From assembly GCA_035567955.1 (NCBI GenBank), contig DATMPD010000111.1:1-43010 (forward strand): a stretch of 43,010 bases of DNA, read 5' to 3'. The notes below the pieces were generated by a model. That model was not told the origin of the DNA, did not search any database, and was given only the letters and a program-made list of their open reading frames with translations. Numbering within the stretch: position 1 is the first letter of the stretch; the number at the start of each line of letters is the position of its first letter. Made by a program: the position numbers and the translations under genes. The DNA is from Edaphobacter sp. (GTDB taxonomy: Bacteria > Acidobacteriota > Terriglobia > Terriglobales > Acidobacteriaceae). Shown here piece after piece: positions 19,241-27,953 of this stretch.

Positions 19241-20905
19241 ATGTCAACTTTTCAGGCCGCCGCTGAAGTCAGCCCGCTTCCTGATGCTGGAACGGCTGGC
19301 CTCAGCGTGCCCCGCGCTGCGGTACTGGCGTCTCTCGTCGCAATCCTCGGCCTGTCCACCATCTGGTCGACTGTTAATGCTCTTTGGTCGCTATGGATGA
19401 CCGACGCCCTCAAGTCGATCGGCATGTTGATTCCGCTGGTTAGCTTCGTGTTGATCCTGCGGGTGTGGCGTTCGCTCGGGTGGGAGATGGACGGCAGCTG
19501 GTGGGGACTCGTCATTCTTGTCGTTACTACCGTGGCAGTGCATGTGCGGGATCAATCGATCTTGGTCTTGGTCCTGTCACCGCAATGGTCAATCTACGTC
19601 CCGCCGCATTCGCTCGTGTTTTTCGCCTACGGTGCGGGTGTAGTCCTGCTCTTCGGCGGGACGCGGCTCTTTCGGGCGGCATTGTTTCCCCTCGTCCTTC
19701 TCTGGTTCGTCAACCCCATTCCTCATATCTTCAATGTGTTTGTTGACCTGCCCCTGCAGCGCGCCTCCGCCCACGTGGCACGGGCGTTTGCGATCGCGCT
19801 TGGCCAGCCCCTGAGCCCGGACCAGCTGCGCCTGATGTTCACCCCCGAGTTCGGCATGTTCATCGCCCCCGGTTGCAACGGCATTCGCGGCGCTGTCACC
19901 ATGGGATTCATCGCGTTGATTGCAGGCTATCTCTATCGTTTCCGCTGGCATGCGCATGCTGCCGTGGTGGCAGGGGCTGTACTGCTCGGTTACGTGTTCA
20001 ACTTCGCGCGGCTCTGCATTCTGGTGCTGTATTACCTGGTTGCACTGCACTTCACCTGGCTGCAGGATCGAGCGGAGATGGGCGATTACATCATTGGAGC
20101 CTGCCTCTTTCTCCTTGGCACGTTTCTGCTCTTCTACGTTGTCCGGCGGTTGAGTGAGTCGCCTGGCGAGATCAAGCCTCCGGCAATGAACCCGGCAAGG
20201 TCGGGTGGTTCGGCAACAGGGCACTCTTTTCCGCTTCGATTCGCATCCATGTTCGTCCTTGTGCTGTTCAGCTGCTATGGGGTCGCACGCGCTTATGTGC
20301 TAACGCACAACGACAGTTACACTGCGCAGATGAAGGCTGATCAGAATGCTCTGGGACAGTTTCCCGCGCGCATTGGCAGCTACACCCTGTCGCGCTCATG
20401 GAACGAGAATCTCTTCACCGGGCCGCTCGTCTTTCACTGGGCCCAATATGTGCCCGACGGAGGAGGAACGCCAATCTCCCTGGGAGTGTCTCCTTCGATG
20501 GGCTCTCATGACACGCTGATTTGTCACTCGGCGCGCGGGGAGGATCCACTGTGGCGCGATCAGCTGACGCTGCCGACTGTGAGCAACGTTGCAGTCAGCT
20601 TCTCCGGGTCGTTCTTCAACGATGGCGCAACGCAGTATCTGGAAGCCACCACCATCTGCAACGGGGCATCGTGCGGCGAGTACTCGAGTGACCGCGCACA
20701 CTTCGGACTCGTCTACAGCAAGCCGACCACGCAAGCTCTCTTCTCGCAAGATCCTCAGCGCCCTATTCCCATTCTGCTTAAGGCTGAGACGATCGACACG
20801 ACTCTACCGGCGGAGGTGGCTCGCCGGCAGATGATCGCTGCTGTCCGCTCCTTTGTGGCCTCCGTCGATCTGGATGGTCTCACCCAACCGTACCGCCACC
20901 AGTAG
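19241..20905 (+). CDS. xrtJ: Exosortase (XrtJ-like) with C-terminal EpsI-like periplasmic domain
   Basis: Multi-TM N-domain with LPLQ, IAPGCNGIR (Cys212), N254-x2-R257; C-domain SHDTLICH resembles the EpsI HxPxxC motif; XrtJ assignment recalled from family architecture and the adjacent PExPT peptide, not from a search. Confidence 0.82.
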   Translation: MSTFQAAAEVSPLPDAGTAGLSVPRAAVLASLVAILGLSTIWSTVNALWSLWMTDALKSIGMLIPLVSFVLILRVWRSLGWEMDGSWWGLVILVVTTVAVHVRDQSILVLVLSPQWSIYVPPHSLVFFAYGAGVVLLFGGTRLFRAALFPLVLLWFVNPIPHIFNVFVDLPLQRASAHVARAFAIALGQPLSPDQLRLMFTPEFGMFIAPGCNGIRGAVTMGFIALIAGYLYRFRWHAHAAVVAGAVLLGYVFNFARLCILVLYYLVALHFTWLQDRAEMGDYIIGACLFLLGTFLLFYVVRRLSESPGEIKPPAMNPARSGGSATGHSFPLRFASMFVLVLFSCYGVARAYVLTHNDSYTAQMKADQNALGQFPARIGSYTLSRSWNENLFTGPLVFHWAQYVPDGGGTPISLGVSPSMGSHDTLICHSARGEDPLWRDQLTLPTVSNVAVSFSGSFFNDGATQYLEATTICNGASCGEYSSDRAHFGLVYSKPTTQALFSQDPQRPIPILLKAETIDTTLPAEVARRQMIAAVRSFVASVDLDGLTQPYRHQ

Positions 20906-20928
20906 AGCACTTGGTATCCTGAAATCCC

Positions 20929-23271
20929 GTGAGATCATTTCTTCGCAGTGCCCAGGTTCCTTTCGTCGTGGGGTTGGCCGGCGTTCTTTCCCTTTCTCTT
21001 GCGGGCTGCGGCGGCTCCAACACCCAAGTCACCCATCCTACCCTCACCGTCACTGCTGCCAATGCAAGCCGAGTCTACGGAGCTGCTAACCCAACCTTTA
21101 CCGCTTCGGCTAGTGGAGCGCTTCCCGGTGACACCTTCGCCTTCACCTCCTCCACTGTCGCGACGCCTTCCTCTCCTGCCGGCGCCTATTCGATTGTTCC
21201 CGTCGCCACCGGCGCCAATCTCGCCAACTACAACGTCGTTTATGTCAACGGTGCCCTAACCGTCGACAAAGCCACCCTCACCGTCACGCCCAACAACCAG
21301 AGCATCGTCGCAGGATCGGTGCTCCCCTCGCTCTCTGCCACCATCACAGGCTTTGTTAATGGAGACACGCAGACCGCCGTCACCGGACAACCGGCTCTGA
21401 CAACCACAGCAGCCTCCTCCTCTCCAGCCGGTTCTTACCCGATCGTCGCAACCATCGGAACTCTCGCCGCCGCCAACTACAGCTTTACCTTCGCGACCGG
21501 CACTCTCACCGTCACTCCAGCCGCTAGCAATCCGGGTGTCAGCTTCACCGGTAACGCAAACGCCGGCACGCAACCAGTCGTTGCAGCTACCGTGCAGCTC
21601 TACGCCGCAGGCACATCCGGAAATGGCTCTCCGGGAACCGGTCTCCTTACTAACACTTTGGCCACCGATGGAGCCGGAGCCTTCACCGTCCCCGCCGGCT
21701 ACGCCTGTCCCGCAGCCTCTTCTCAGCTGTACGTCGTCGTCCTCGGAGGACATGTCGGAGGTGGCGCCCCCAACCCGGGTATCGCCCTCGCCTCGCCGAT
21801 CGGCGCCTGCAACCAGCTGACATCCGGCTCACAATTCGTTATCAATGAGGTCACCACCGCCGCCACGGCATACGGACTCGCTCAGTTTCTAAGTGCCGGG
21901 GCCAACATCGGAGCCACCTCAACCAACACTCAGGGTCTCCGCAACGCCGTCGCCACCGTAGCCAGCCTCGCCAATCTGACAACAGGCACATCTCCCGGAG
22001 CCTCTTTCCCCCAAAACGCCTCATCGCCCGCTGCCAAGATCAACTCCGTCGCCAACCTGTTGAACACCTGTACCTCAGCAGCCTTACCCTCAGGCTGCAC
22101 CGCCCTCTTTTCCGCAACCACACCTGCCGGCGGAACCGCTCCGAGCAACACCCTCGACGCCGCACTCAATCTCGCCCGCAATCCCGGAAGCAACGTCGCT
22201 GCACTCTACACCCAGTCGACCGCCAGCACCGCCTTTACTCCAGCCCTGACCGCCGCACCCTCCGACTGGACAATGTTCCTCAACTACACCGGCGGAGGGA
22301 TGAACCTGCCCACCGCCGTCGGCGTCGACGCCACAGGCGACGTCTGGGTTGCCAGCTACTCTGGCGCCGCATCGAGGTTCTCCCCCACCGGCGCTCCAGC
22401 CTTTCCCAACGGCATCACCGGCGGCGGCCTCTTTCACTCCTATGGCCTCGCTATCGACCCCCAAAACAACGTCTGGATCCCCAACGAAGACAGCCCCGTG
22501 AGCGTCAACGGCGGCTACGGCAGCGTGACCGCCCTCAGTGCGACCGGTCAACTCATCTCCGGCCCCACCGGGTTCACCGCCGGAGGCATCGCCTACCCCA
22601 TCGCCGTCGCCATCGACACCAACTCCACAGTTTGGGTGACCGACAGCCACAACTCAAGCGTCACGCTGCTCTCCAGCACCGGTCAGCCGTTGTCAGGGCC
22701 GACAGGATACCAGTGGCCTCAACTAGCCTATTCCTATGGCATCGCTATCGATGCGAACCACAACGGCTGGGCCGCGAGCAACGAAGATGACACCATTACC
22801 AAAATCTCTCCCGACGGCAGCCAGTTCACCAACTATGCCTGCTGCAGAGGGCCTGCCGCCGTCGCCATCGATCAGCGCGGCTTCGTCTGGGTAACGAATT
22901 ACCTCGGCGACAGCATCAGTCAACTCGCCAGCGATGGCACTGTCATCTCGAGCGGCTACAGCGACGGCAAGGCCAGCATCTCGCATCCCCAGGGCATTGC
23001 CATCGACGGCTCCGGCCACGTCTGGGTCACCAACATCCTCGGCTCGTCCATCACCGAACTCGCCGGTTCCGCCACAAACTCACCCGGTCAGATCCTCTCG
23101 CCCACAGCAGGATGGTCCCGGGATGCAGGGTTGAACTACGCCTACGCAGTTGCCATCGACGCCAGTGGCAACCTGTGGGTGGTAAACAAGACCACCAATA
23201 TCCTGACCGAGATCATCGGACTGGCTACCCCCGTCAAGACTCCCCAACTAGGCCCGGCGCAGTCGCCTTAG
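20929..23271 (+). CDS. Lipoprotein with two MBG-like domains and NHL-repeat beta-propeller
   Basis: Lipobox LAG-C27; TLTVTAANASRVYGAANP and TLTVTPNN...ITGFVNGD MBG-like repeats; about 6 NHL-like repeats (P.xIAIDxxGxVWV); Thr/Ala/Ser/Gly rich. Confidence 0.8.
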   Translation: MRSFLRSAQVPFVVGLAGVLSLSLAGCGGSNTQVTHPTLTVTAANASRVYGAANPTFTASASGALPGDTFAFTSSTVATPSSPAGAYSIVPVATGANLANYNVVYVNGALTVDKATLTVTPNNQSIVAGSVLPSLSATITGFVNGDTQTAVTGQPALTTTAASSSPAGSYPIVATIGTLAAANYSFTFATGTLTVTPAASNPGVSFTGNANAGTQPVVAATVQLYAAGTSGNGSPGTGLLTNTLATDGAGAFTVPAGYACPAASSQLYVVVLGGHVGGGAPNPGIALASPIGACNQLTSGSQFVINEVTTAATAYGLAQFLSAGANIGATSTNTQGLRNAVATVASLANLTTGTSPGASFPQNASSPAAKINSVANLLNTCTSAALPSGCTALFSATTPAGGTAPSNTLDAALNLARNPGSNVAALYTQSTASTAFTPALTAAPSDWTMFLNYTGGGMNLPTAVGVDATGDVWVASYSGAASRFSPTGAPAFPNGITGGGLFHSYGLAIDPQNNVWIPNEDSPVSVNGGYGSVTALSATGQLISGPTGFTAGGIAYPIAVAIDTNSTVWVTDSHNSSVTLLSSTGQPLSGPTGYQWPQLAYSYGIAIDANHNGWAASNEDDTITKISPDGSQFTNYACCRGPAAVAIDQRGFVWVTNYLGDSISQLASDGTVISSGYSDGKASISHPQGIAIDGSGHVWVTNILGSSITELAGSATNSPGQILSPTAGWSRDAGLNYAYAVAIDASGNLWVVNKTTNILTEIIGLATPVKTPQLGPAQSP

Positions 23272-23455
23272 AGGTGTGCCGGAGGCCTTCCCTCGAAAAG
23301 CAACTCCCACCCATGAGGTACAACCACCTCATTCCCGCCGGTTTCGTCCGCTTCGTCCGTCCCCGTTCCGAGCCAGAAGCCAAGGACCCCTCCTCTCGCT
23401 GGTTTCACGCCTGTCCCGTTGAGGATTCACCCCTGAAAAAATTTCTCTTTAGCAC

Positions 23456-23586
23456 TTGACAGCTCTTATAGCGAGGGAAGAAGCTTTGTAACGCACACAG
23501 GTGGTCTGACCTTACGTCGCCAAAATGAAAAAGGCGGGTCCCCCTCCAGTTACACGCTAAAAAAACGTTTTCCCGAAAGATTTTCG
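23456..23586 (+). promoter_or_regulatory. Promoter/operator region of the TonB-dependent receptor
   Basis: TTGACA at 23456-23461 (only a weak -10); GGTC-T-GACC palindrome 23503-23511 (GntR/FadR-like); AAAAACGTTTTC 23561-23572 (LacI-like palindrome). Confidence 0.35.
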
Positions 23587-23598
23587 CGAGGTTAGAGT

Positions 23599-26500
23599 AT
23601 GACGTTCGACAAGATTCCCAGCAAAATCCAGAGACAGGCCACGCTCCATCGTGGAACTTCCCACATCCGTGTCTCCTCCGGATTGCTTGTGCTCCTCACC
23701 GCCGTCCTTCTGCTATGGAGTTCCTCGGCAAGCGCCCAGCTCTCCGGCAAGGGCGAGATCAAAGGAGTCGTCACCGACTCGACCGGCGCCGTCGTTCCCA
23801 ACGCAACCGTCACCGCCACCTCGGCGACGCAGGGCACCAAACTCACGCGAACGACATCGGGCAGCGGTGACTTCGATCTCACCCCGCTGAACCCCGACAT
23901 CTACAGCGTCACCGTTGCGACCAAGGGGTTTCAGACCGTCACTCAGGAGAATGTGCACGTCAACGCTCTGGAGATTACAGACCTGAAGATAGTGTTGACG
24001 ATCGGCTCTGAAACCCAGAGCATCGATGTCTCCGCTGCTCCGCCAGCCCTTGAGACCAGCAACGCAACGCTCGGCGCGACCATGGAGCAGGAGATGTACG
24101 CCGCGCTGCCCATCCAGATGGGCGCCGCAGGAAGCCCCGACCAGCGTCGCGCAACCGACTTTGCCGTCCTCATGCCCGGCGTGCAGGGCAACGAAACCAA
24201 CGGCAACCTGACCACCAACACCGGCGTCGTCAACGGCTCCGGCAGCCGAGGCGCGGCGTCAGCCGTCTATGTCAACGGCATTCCATTCACCTCCGTAGCC
24301 GGCCAGGGCGACACACGCTTTGTCTGGACAGCAATCTCTGTCGATGCCGTCGATCAGTTCCAGGTCCAGACCTCAGGCTACTCCGCCCTCTATGAGGGCA
24401 TGGGCGTACAGAACTACTCCACCAAATCCGGCGGCAATAAATATCACGGAGCCTTGTACGAGTACTTCCGCAACACCGCACTCGATACCTGGGGATTCTT
24501 CGCACCCTCCCTGCTCGGACCCGTCGATCCCAAGACCGGCCAGCCCGGGCCGCCGCACAAGCCGAGAGAGAACCAGAACGAATTTGGCGGGTTGATCAGC
24601 GGGCCCATCATAAAAGACAAGCTCTTCCTCTTTGCCAACATCGATATCTATCGCTTCGCCCACGGGCCGCTCGCCGCTTTTCAGAGTTTGCCGACCCAGG
24701 CGGAATACAACGGAAACTTTACCGACCAGCTGATCTCGCCCACAAACCAAAACGGTATTACCGGCGTTTACGACCCGACGTCGACGGTGTGCAACCCAAC
24801 CGGCACAGCTTGCACGCGTAAGGCATACGCCAACAACACGATTCCCTTGTCGCAGCAGTCGAAGGTGGCGCAGTACCTGCAGCATTTCCTTCCGCAGCAT
24901 TACACGCTGCCGACGACGATTGGCAATAACTTTGTAGGAGGCTATCCCTACGGTCTGAACAACTGGATGACGACGGACCGCGCCGACTGGGTCATCAACT
25001 CGAAAAACACCATTGCCCTTACCTTTGCAAAAGGGCGACAGGTAACTGCCGGCGGCCCCGCGGTGCAAACGACCGCAGGAAGAAACGTCACCCCCTTCGC
25101 TCCCTACAACTACGGCCAGGAGTTTGCCCCGAAGACAACCGTATGGACCTTGCAGGAGACCTACGTTCTCTCGCCGCGCTTCGTAAACCAGTTCAACTAC
25201 GGTTTCGCCCGTTACAATGGGCCCACTTACAATCCGAATCAAGGCGGAGCATTCGCTGCCTCGGCAGCAGGAATCACCGGGCTGCCTGCCGGTCAGGCGT
25301 CCGATGGATTTCCGATCACCAACTTCACAGGCAACGGAAGCCTTCCAACCAGCTGGGCAGGAAGCGTTGCCAACGGTTCTATTGCCAATGCGTATATCGC
25401 TTCGGACAACTTCCAGATGGCGTTGGGCAAACACGCGATCACTGTGGGCGTTCAAGTCAAGTGGCTCGAATACAACTACACCATCAACTCGACCGGCACC
25501 AGTCCCTTGACGCTCAACGCCTCCTCGACCGAAACGCAGGGTTTCCTCTGCAAGTCGGGCGCAACAGGTACATGCACTCTGGCTAACTCCACGACAAATC
25601 TCGATACGAAGACCGGATACTCGTACGCGAGCCTGCTGGCAGGAGCCATCGACAGCGAGACCCTGACCGACAATCTCGCCATCGTCTCTACCGGCGGCCG
25701 CTTCCGCCCCATCTCCCCATACATTCAGGACGACTGGAAGGTCACCCCCAGGCTGACCCTGAACCTCGGTCTGCGTTATGACTACTACCCAACCTATCGC
25801 GAACAATTCAATCGCCTCTCCTATCTTGACCCGAATGCAACCAATCCGATCACGGGCAACAAGGGGGCCATTGGATTCGCAGGCAACACTGCGACCAGCG
25901 GCGGCTGCAACTGCACGACAAACGTGAACAACTACTTCAAGAACTTCGGGCCACGTCTTGGATTCGCCTTCCAGAGCGATCCGAAGACAGTTTGGCGTGG
26001 CAGCTGGGGCGTCATGTACACGCACGGCAACGGTGTTGGCGGTTCTGCCATCTCGAGGAACGGCACCGGCACGCTGGGCTTCTCCTCAACTCCAAAGCCG
26101 GTTTATAACAACGCAGTCAACTTCCTTCCGTCGCAGCAGCTCGACGCCGGCTTCCCGGCCTTCGCGCAGCCGCCGTCCCTCGTGGCAGGCTACGGCGTAG
26201 GCTTCAGCACGAATCTCGCCGCACCCTCCACCACCCCTCAAACAGCAAACTATGGTGACCCGTACTACGGCGGCCGAGCGCCACAGTACATCGGCTGGAG
26301 CTTCGGTTTCCAAAGAGCCCTGACAGATTCCATGACATTGACCATGAGCTACGTCGGCTCCCAGGGTCACTTCCTGATCACCGACGGCGGAAACGGTCGT
26401 GGATTCTGGATCAATCAGCTGGATCCAAAGTACCTCTCTCTCGGCGCTCTCCTGAGCAACAAGGCGACGCCGGCCACCATCGCAGCCGCTGCGGCGCAGG

Positions 26501-27411
26501 GCGTTACGCCACAGAACGGCTACGCCTCCTTCGACCCCAACCAGACCCTCTCCACTCTGCTGAAGCCGTTCCCTCAATACAGCGTCAGCGATTCCTACGG
26601 AAACATAGCCAACGCCAACTACAACGGCCTCCAGATCTCGGTGATGAAGCGGTACACACACGGCCTGACCTTCATGGCCAACTACACCTGGTCCAGGGCG
26701 ATCGACGACGGAGGCACCTTCCGCTCCGGCTACGATATTCCCGCCCAGTATTCCGGCGACGGCAAGTTCCACAAGGCCGACTCGATCGAGCGTACGGTCT
26801 CCACCTCGAACCAGCCCCAGCACGTGGTGCTGACCGGCGTCTACGACCTTCCCTTCGGTAAGGGCCACCTCGGAGGCGGAAATACCTTCTCCCGAGCCCT
26901 GCTGAGCGACTTCAAATTCTCCAGCATCATCCAGATGTTCTCCGGTTCGCCGCTGGCGCTGACGGCATCCTCCTGCGGCACCAACGCCGCCAACGGAACC
27001 TGCCTGCCCAGCCTCAATCCTGCCTATACCGCCAGCAGCGTCAAGCTGAACGGCGACTGGGGACATGGAGGCAACGCGTCCACACTCAAGACCATGTCCT
27101 TCATCAACTCGGCCGCCTTCATTACCACGCCTTCTACGGCCGCCGTGCCTCTTTTCAGCAACGCACCACGCACAGCACCCTATAACCTGTACGGTCCCGG
27201 AAACTACAACATCGACATCAGTATTCGTCGCAGCTTCCCCTTACATTTTGAGAGCTCTCATCTGCTGCTGCAGGCCGACCTCTATAACGTCACCAACCAC
27301 ACACAGTTTGGCGGCATCGGCACGGTCTTCGGTAGCGCAACCTTCGGAACGGTAAGCACTCAGGCCAACAACTCGCGCGACGCGCAACTCACTGCCCGTT
27401 TCGAGTTCTAA
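23599..27411 (+). CDS. TonB-dependent receptor, Oar-like, with N-terminal carboxypeptidase regulatory-like domain
   Basis: Signal peptide ending ASA-Q; GVVTDSTGAVVPNATV domain; TKSGGN..HG..YEYFRN, YIQDDWKVTPRLTLNLGLRYD, NFGPRLGFA; C-terminal Phe (RFEF). Confidence 0.92.
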   Translation: MTFDKIPSKIQRQATLHRGTSHIRVSSGLLVLLTAVLLLWSSSASAQLSGKGEIKGVVTDSTGAVVPNATVTATSATQGTKLTRTTSGSGDFDLTPLNPDIYSVTVATKGFQTVTQENVHVNALEITDLKIVLTIGSETQSIDVSAAPPALETSNATLGATMEQEMYAALPIQMGAAGSPDQRRATDFAVLMPGVQGNETNGNLTTNTGVVNGSGSRGAASAVYVNGIPFTSVAGQGDTRFVWTAISVDAVDQFQVQTSGYSALYEGMGVQNYSTKSGGNKYHGALYEYFRNTALDTWGFFAPSLLGPVDPKTGQPGPPHKPRENQNEFGGLISGPIIKDKLFLFANIDIYRFAHGPLAAFQSLPTQAEYNGNFTDQLISPTNQNGITGVYDPTSTVCNPTGTACTRKAYANNTIPLSQQSKVAQYLQHFLPQHYTLPTTIGNNFVGGYPYGLNNWMTTDRADWVINSKNTIALTFAKGRQVTAGGPAVQTTAGRNVTPFAPYNYGQEFAPKTTVWTLQETYVLSPRFVNQFNYGFARYNGPTYNPNQGGAFAASAAGITGLPAGQASDGFPITNFTGNGSLPTSWAGSVANGSIANAYIASDNFQMALGKHAITVGVQVKWLEYNYTINSTGTSPLTLNASSTETQGFLCKSGATGTCTLANSTTNLDTKTGYSYASLLAGAIDSETLTDNLAIVSTGGRFRPISPYIQDDWKVTPRLTLNLGLRYDYYPTYREQFNRLSYLDPNATNPITGNKGAIGFAGNTATSGGCNCTTNVNNYFKNFGPRLGFAFQSDPKTVWRGSWGVMYTHGNGVGGSAISRNGTGTLGFSSTPKPVYNNAVNFLPSQQLDAGFPAFAQPPSLVAGYGVGFSTNLAAPSTTPQTANYGDPYYGGRAPQYIGWSFGFQRALTDSMTLTMSYVGSQGHFLITDGGNGRGFWINQLDPKYLSLGALLSNKATPATIAAAAAQGVTPQNGYASFDPNQTLSTLLKPFPQYSVSDSYGNIANANYNGLQISVMKRYTHGLTFMANYTWSRAIDDGGTFRSGYDIPAQYSGDGKFHKADSIERTVSTSNQPQHVVLTGVYDLPFGKGHLGGGNTFSRALLSDFKFSSIIQMFSGSPLALTASSCGTNAANGTCLPSLNPAYTASSVKLNGDWGHGGNASTLKTMSFINSAAFITTPSTAAVPLFSNAPRTAPYNLYGPGNYNIDISIRRSFPLHFESSHLLLQADLYNVTNHTQFGGIGTVFGSATFGTVSTQANNSRDAQLTARFEF

Positions 27412-27437
27412 AGGCTGCTTCGGCCAGACACAGTCTC

Positions 27438-27474
27438 CGGGTGTCCCATCCATCGCGCAGTTGCGATGGGTGGG
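27438..27474 (+). repeat. REP-like palindrome (GGGTGyCCC-ATCC family), intergenic copy
   Basis: CGGGTGTCCCATCCATCGCGCAGTTGCGATGGGTGGG; 12-bp stem with one G-U pair; near-identical inverted copy at 41040-41077. Confidence 0.8.
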
Positions 27475-27542
27475 ATGGTAGAAGCTCGCCTCACCCCAAT
27501 ATGGCTGCCATTGCCACGCCCCTAAACTCCAGTTGCCCTCTC

Positions 27543-27586
27543 GTCATCCCCGAGCAGCCGCACAGCGAAATGCGAACGGGGATCTG
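27543..27586 (+). repeat. GTCATCCCCG...CGGGGATCTG palindromic element
   Basis: Same arms as the reverse complement of 38909-38930 (GTCATCCCCGAAGGGGATCTGC) but with a longer loop. Confidence 0.65.
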
Positions 27587-27744
27587 ATTTTGTTTGTTGC
27601 ATTTGCGATTATTTTCAGCGTTTTCAGCCCAAAAAACACATGTCAAGTCCCAAAACTCACTAACTCTTTGTGAATCAGCAATATCCGCGTGGCATTTGAG
27701 TTTGGCTCCGTCCGGTATACTGGATATATAGGTCAAACAAGCAG

Positions 27745-27774
27745 GCCCCGGAGACCCTCCGGGGCTAATTTATT
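27745..27774 (+). terminator. GC-rich hairpin, possible intrinsic terminator
   Basis: GCCCCGGAG-acc-CTCCGGGGC (perfect 9-bp stem) followed by TAATTTATT. Confidence 0.5.
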
Positions 27775-27859
27775 GAAACCAAGGACTTTATCCGTAAAGT
27801 ATCTGTTATGAATACTTTGCAGAAGCCAGTGATTGCAAAGTACTGAATGCCAATACTTT
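27767..27859. repeat. Three imperfect 23-bp palindromic boxes (AAAGTA-N11-TACTTT)
   Basis: 27767-27789 (degenerate), 27796-27818 AAAGTATCTGTTATGAATACTTT, 27837-27859 AAAGTACTGAATGCCAATACTTT. Confidence 0.6.
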
Positions 27860-27953
27860 ACGTTGATTACCCGGGGGAGGGGGGTACTCTCCCGGCGGGA
27901 GTTAGAATGCCGAGAACTGAATTCGTTAGATTACGCGGGTTGAAAGGGAATTT

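Noticed and set aside
18730-19266. 178-aa ORF overlapping the peptide gene
   Set aside because: No motifs; the alternative frame has SD, promoter and a coherent sorting-signal architecture.
23313-23332. 7-bp inverted repeat ATGAGGT-N6-ACCTCAT
   Set aside because: Single short dyad with no T-tract or second copy; could be chance.
24373-26025. 550-aa minus-strand ORF (and similar long antisense ORFs opposite zwf, glk, tkt and the RsbW-like gene)
   Set aside because: Antisense to well-supported genes; expected in high-GC DNA.
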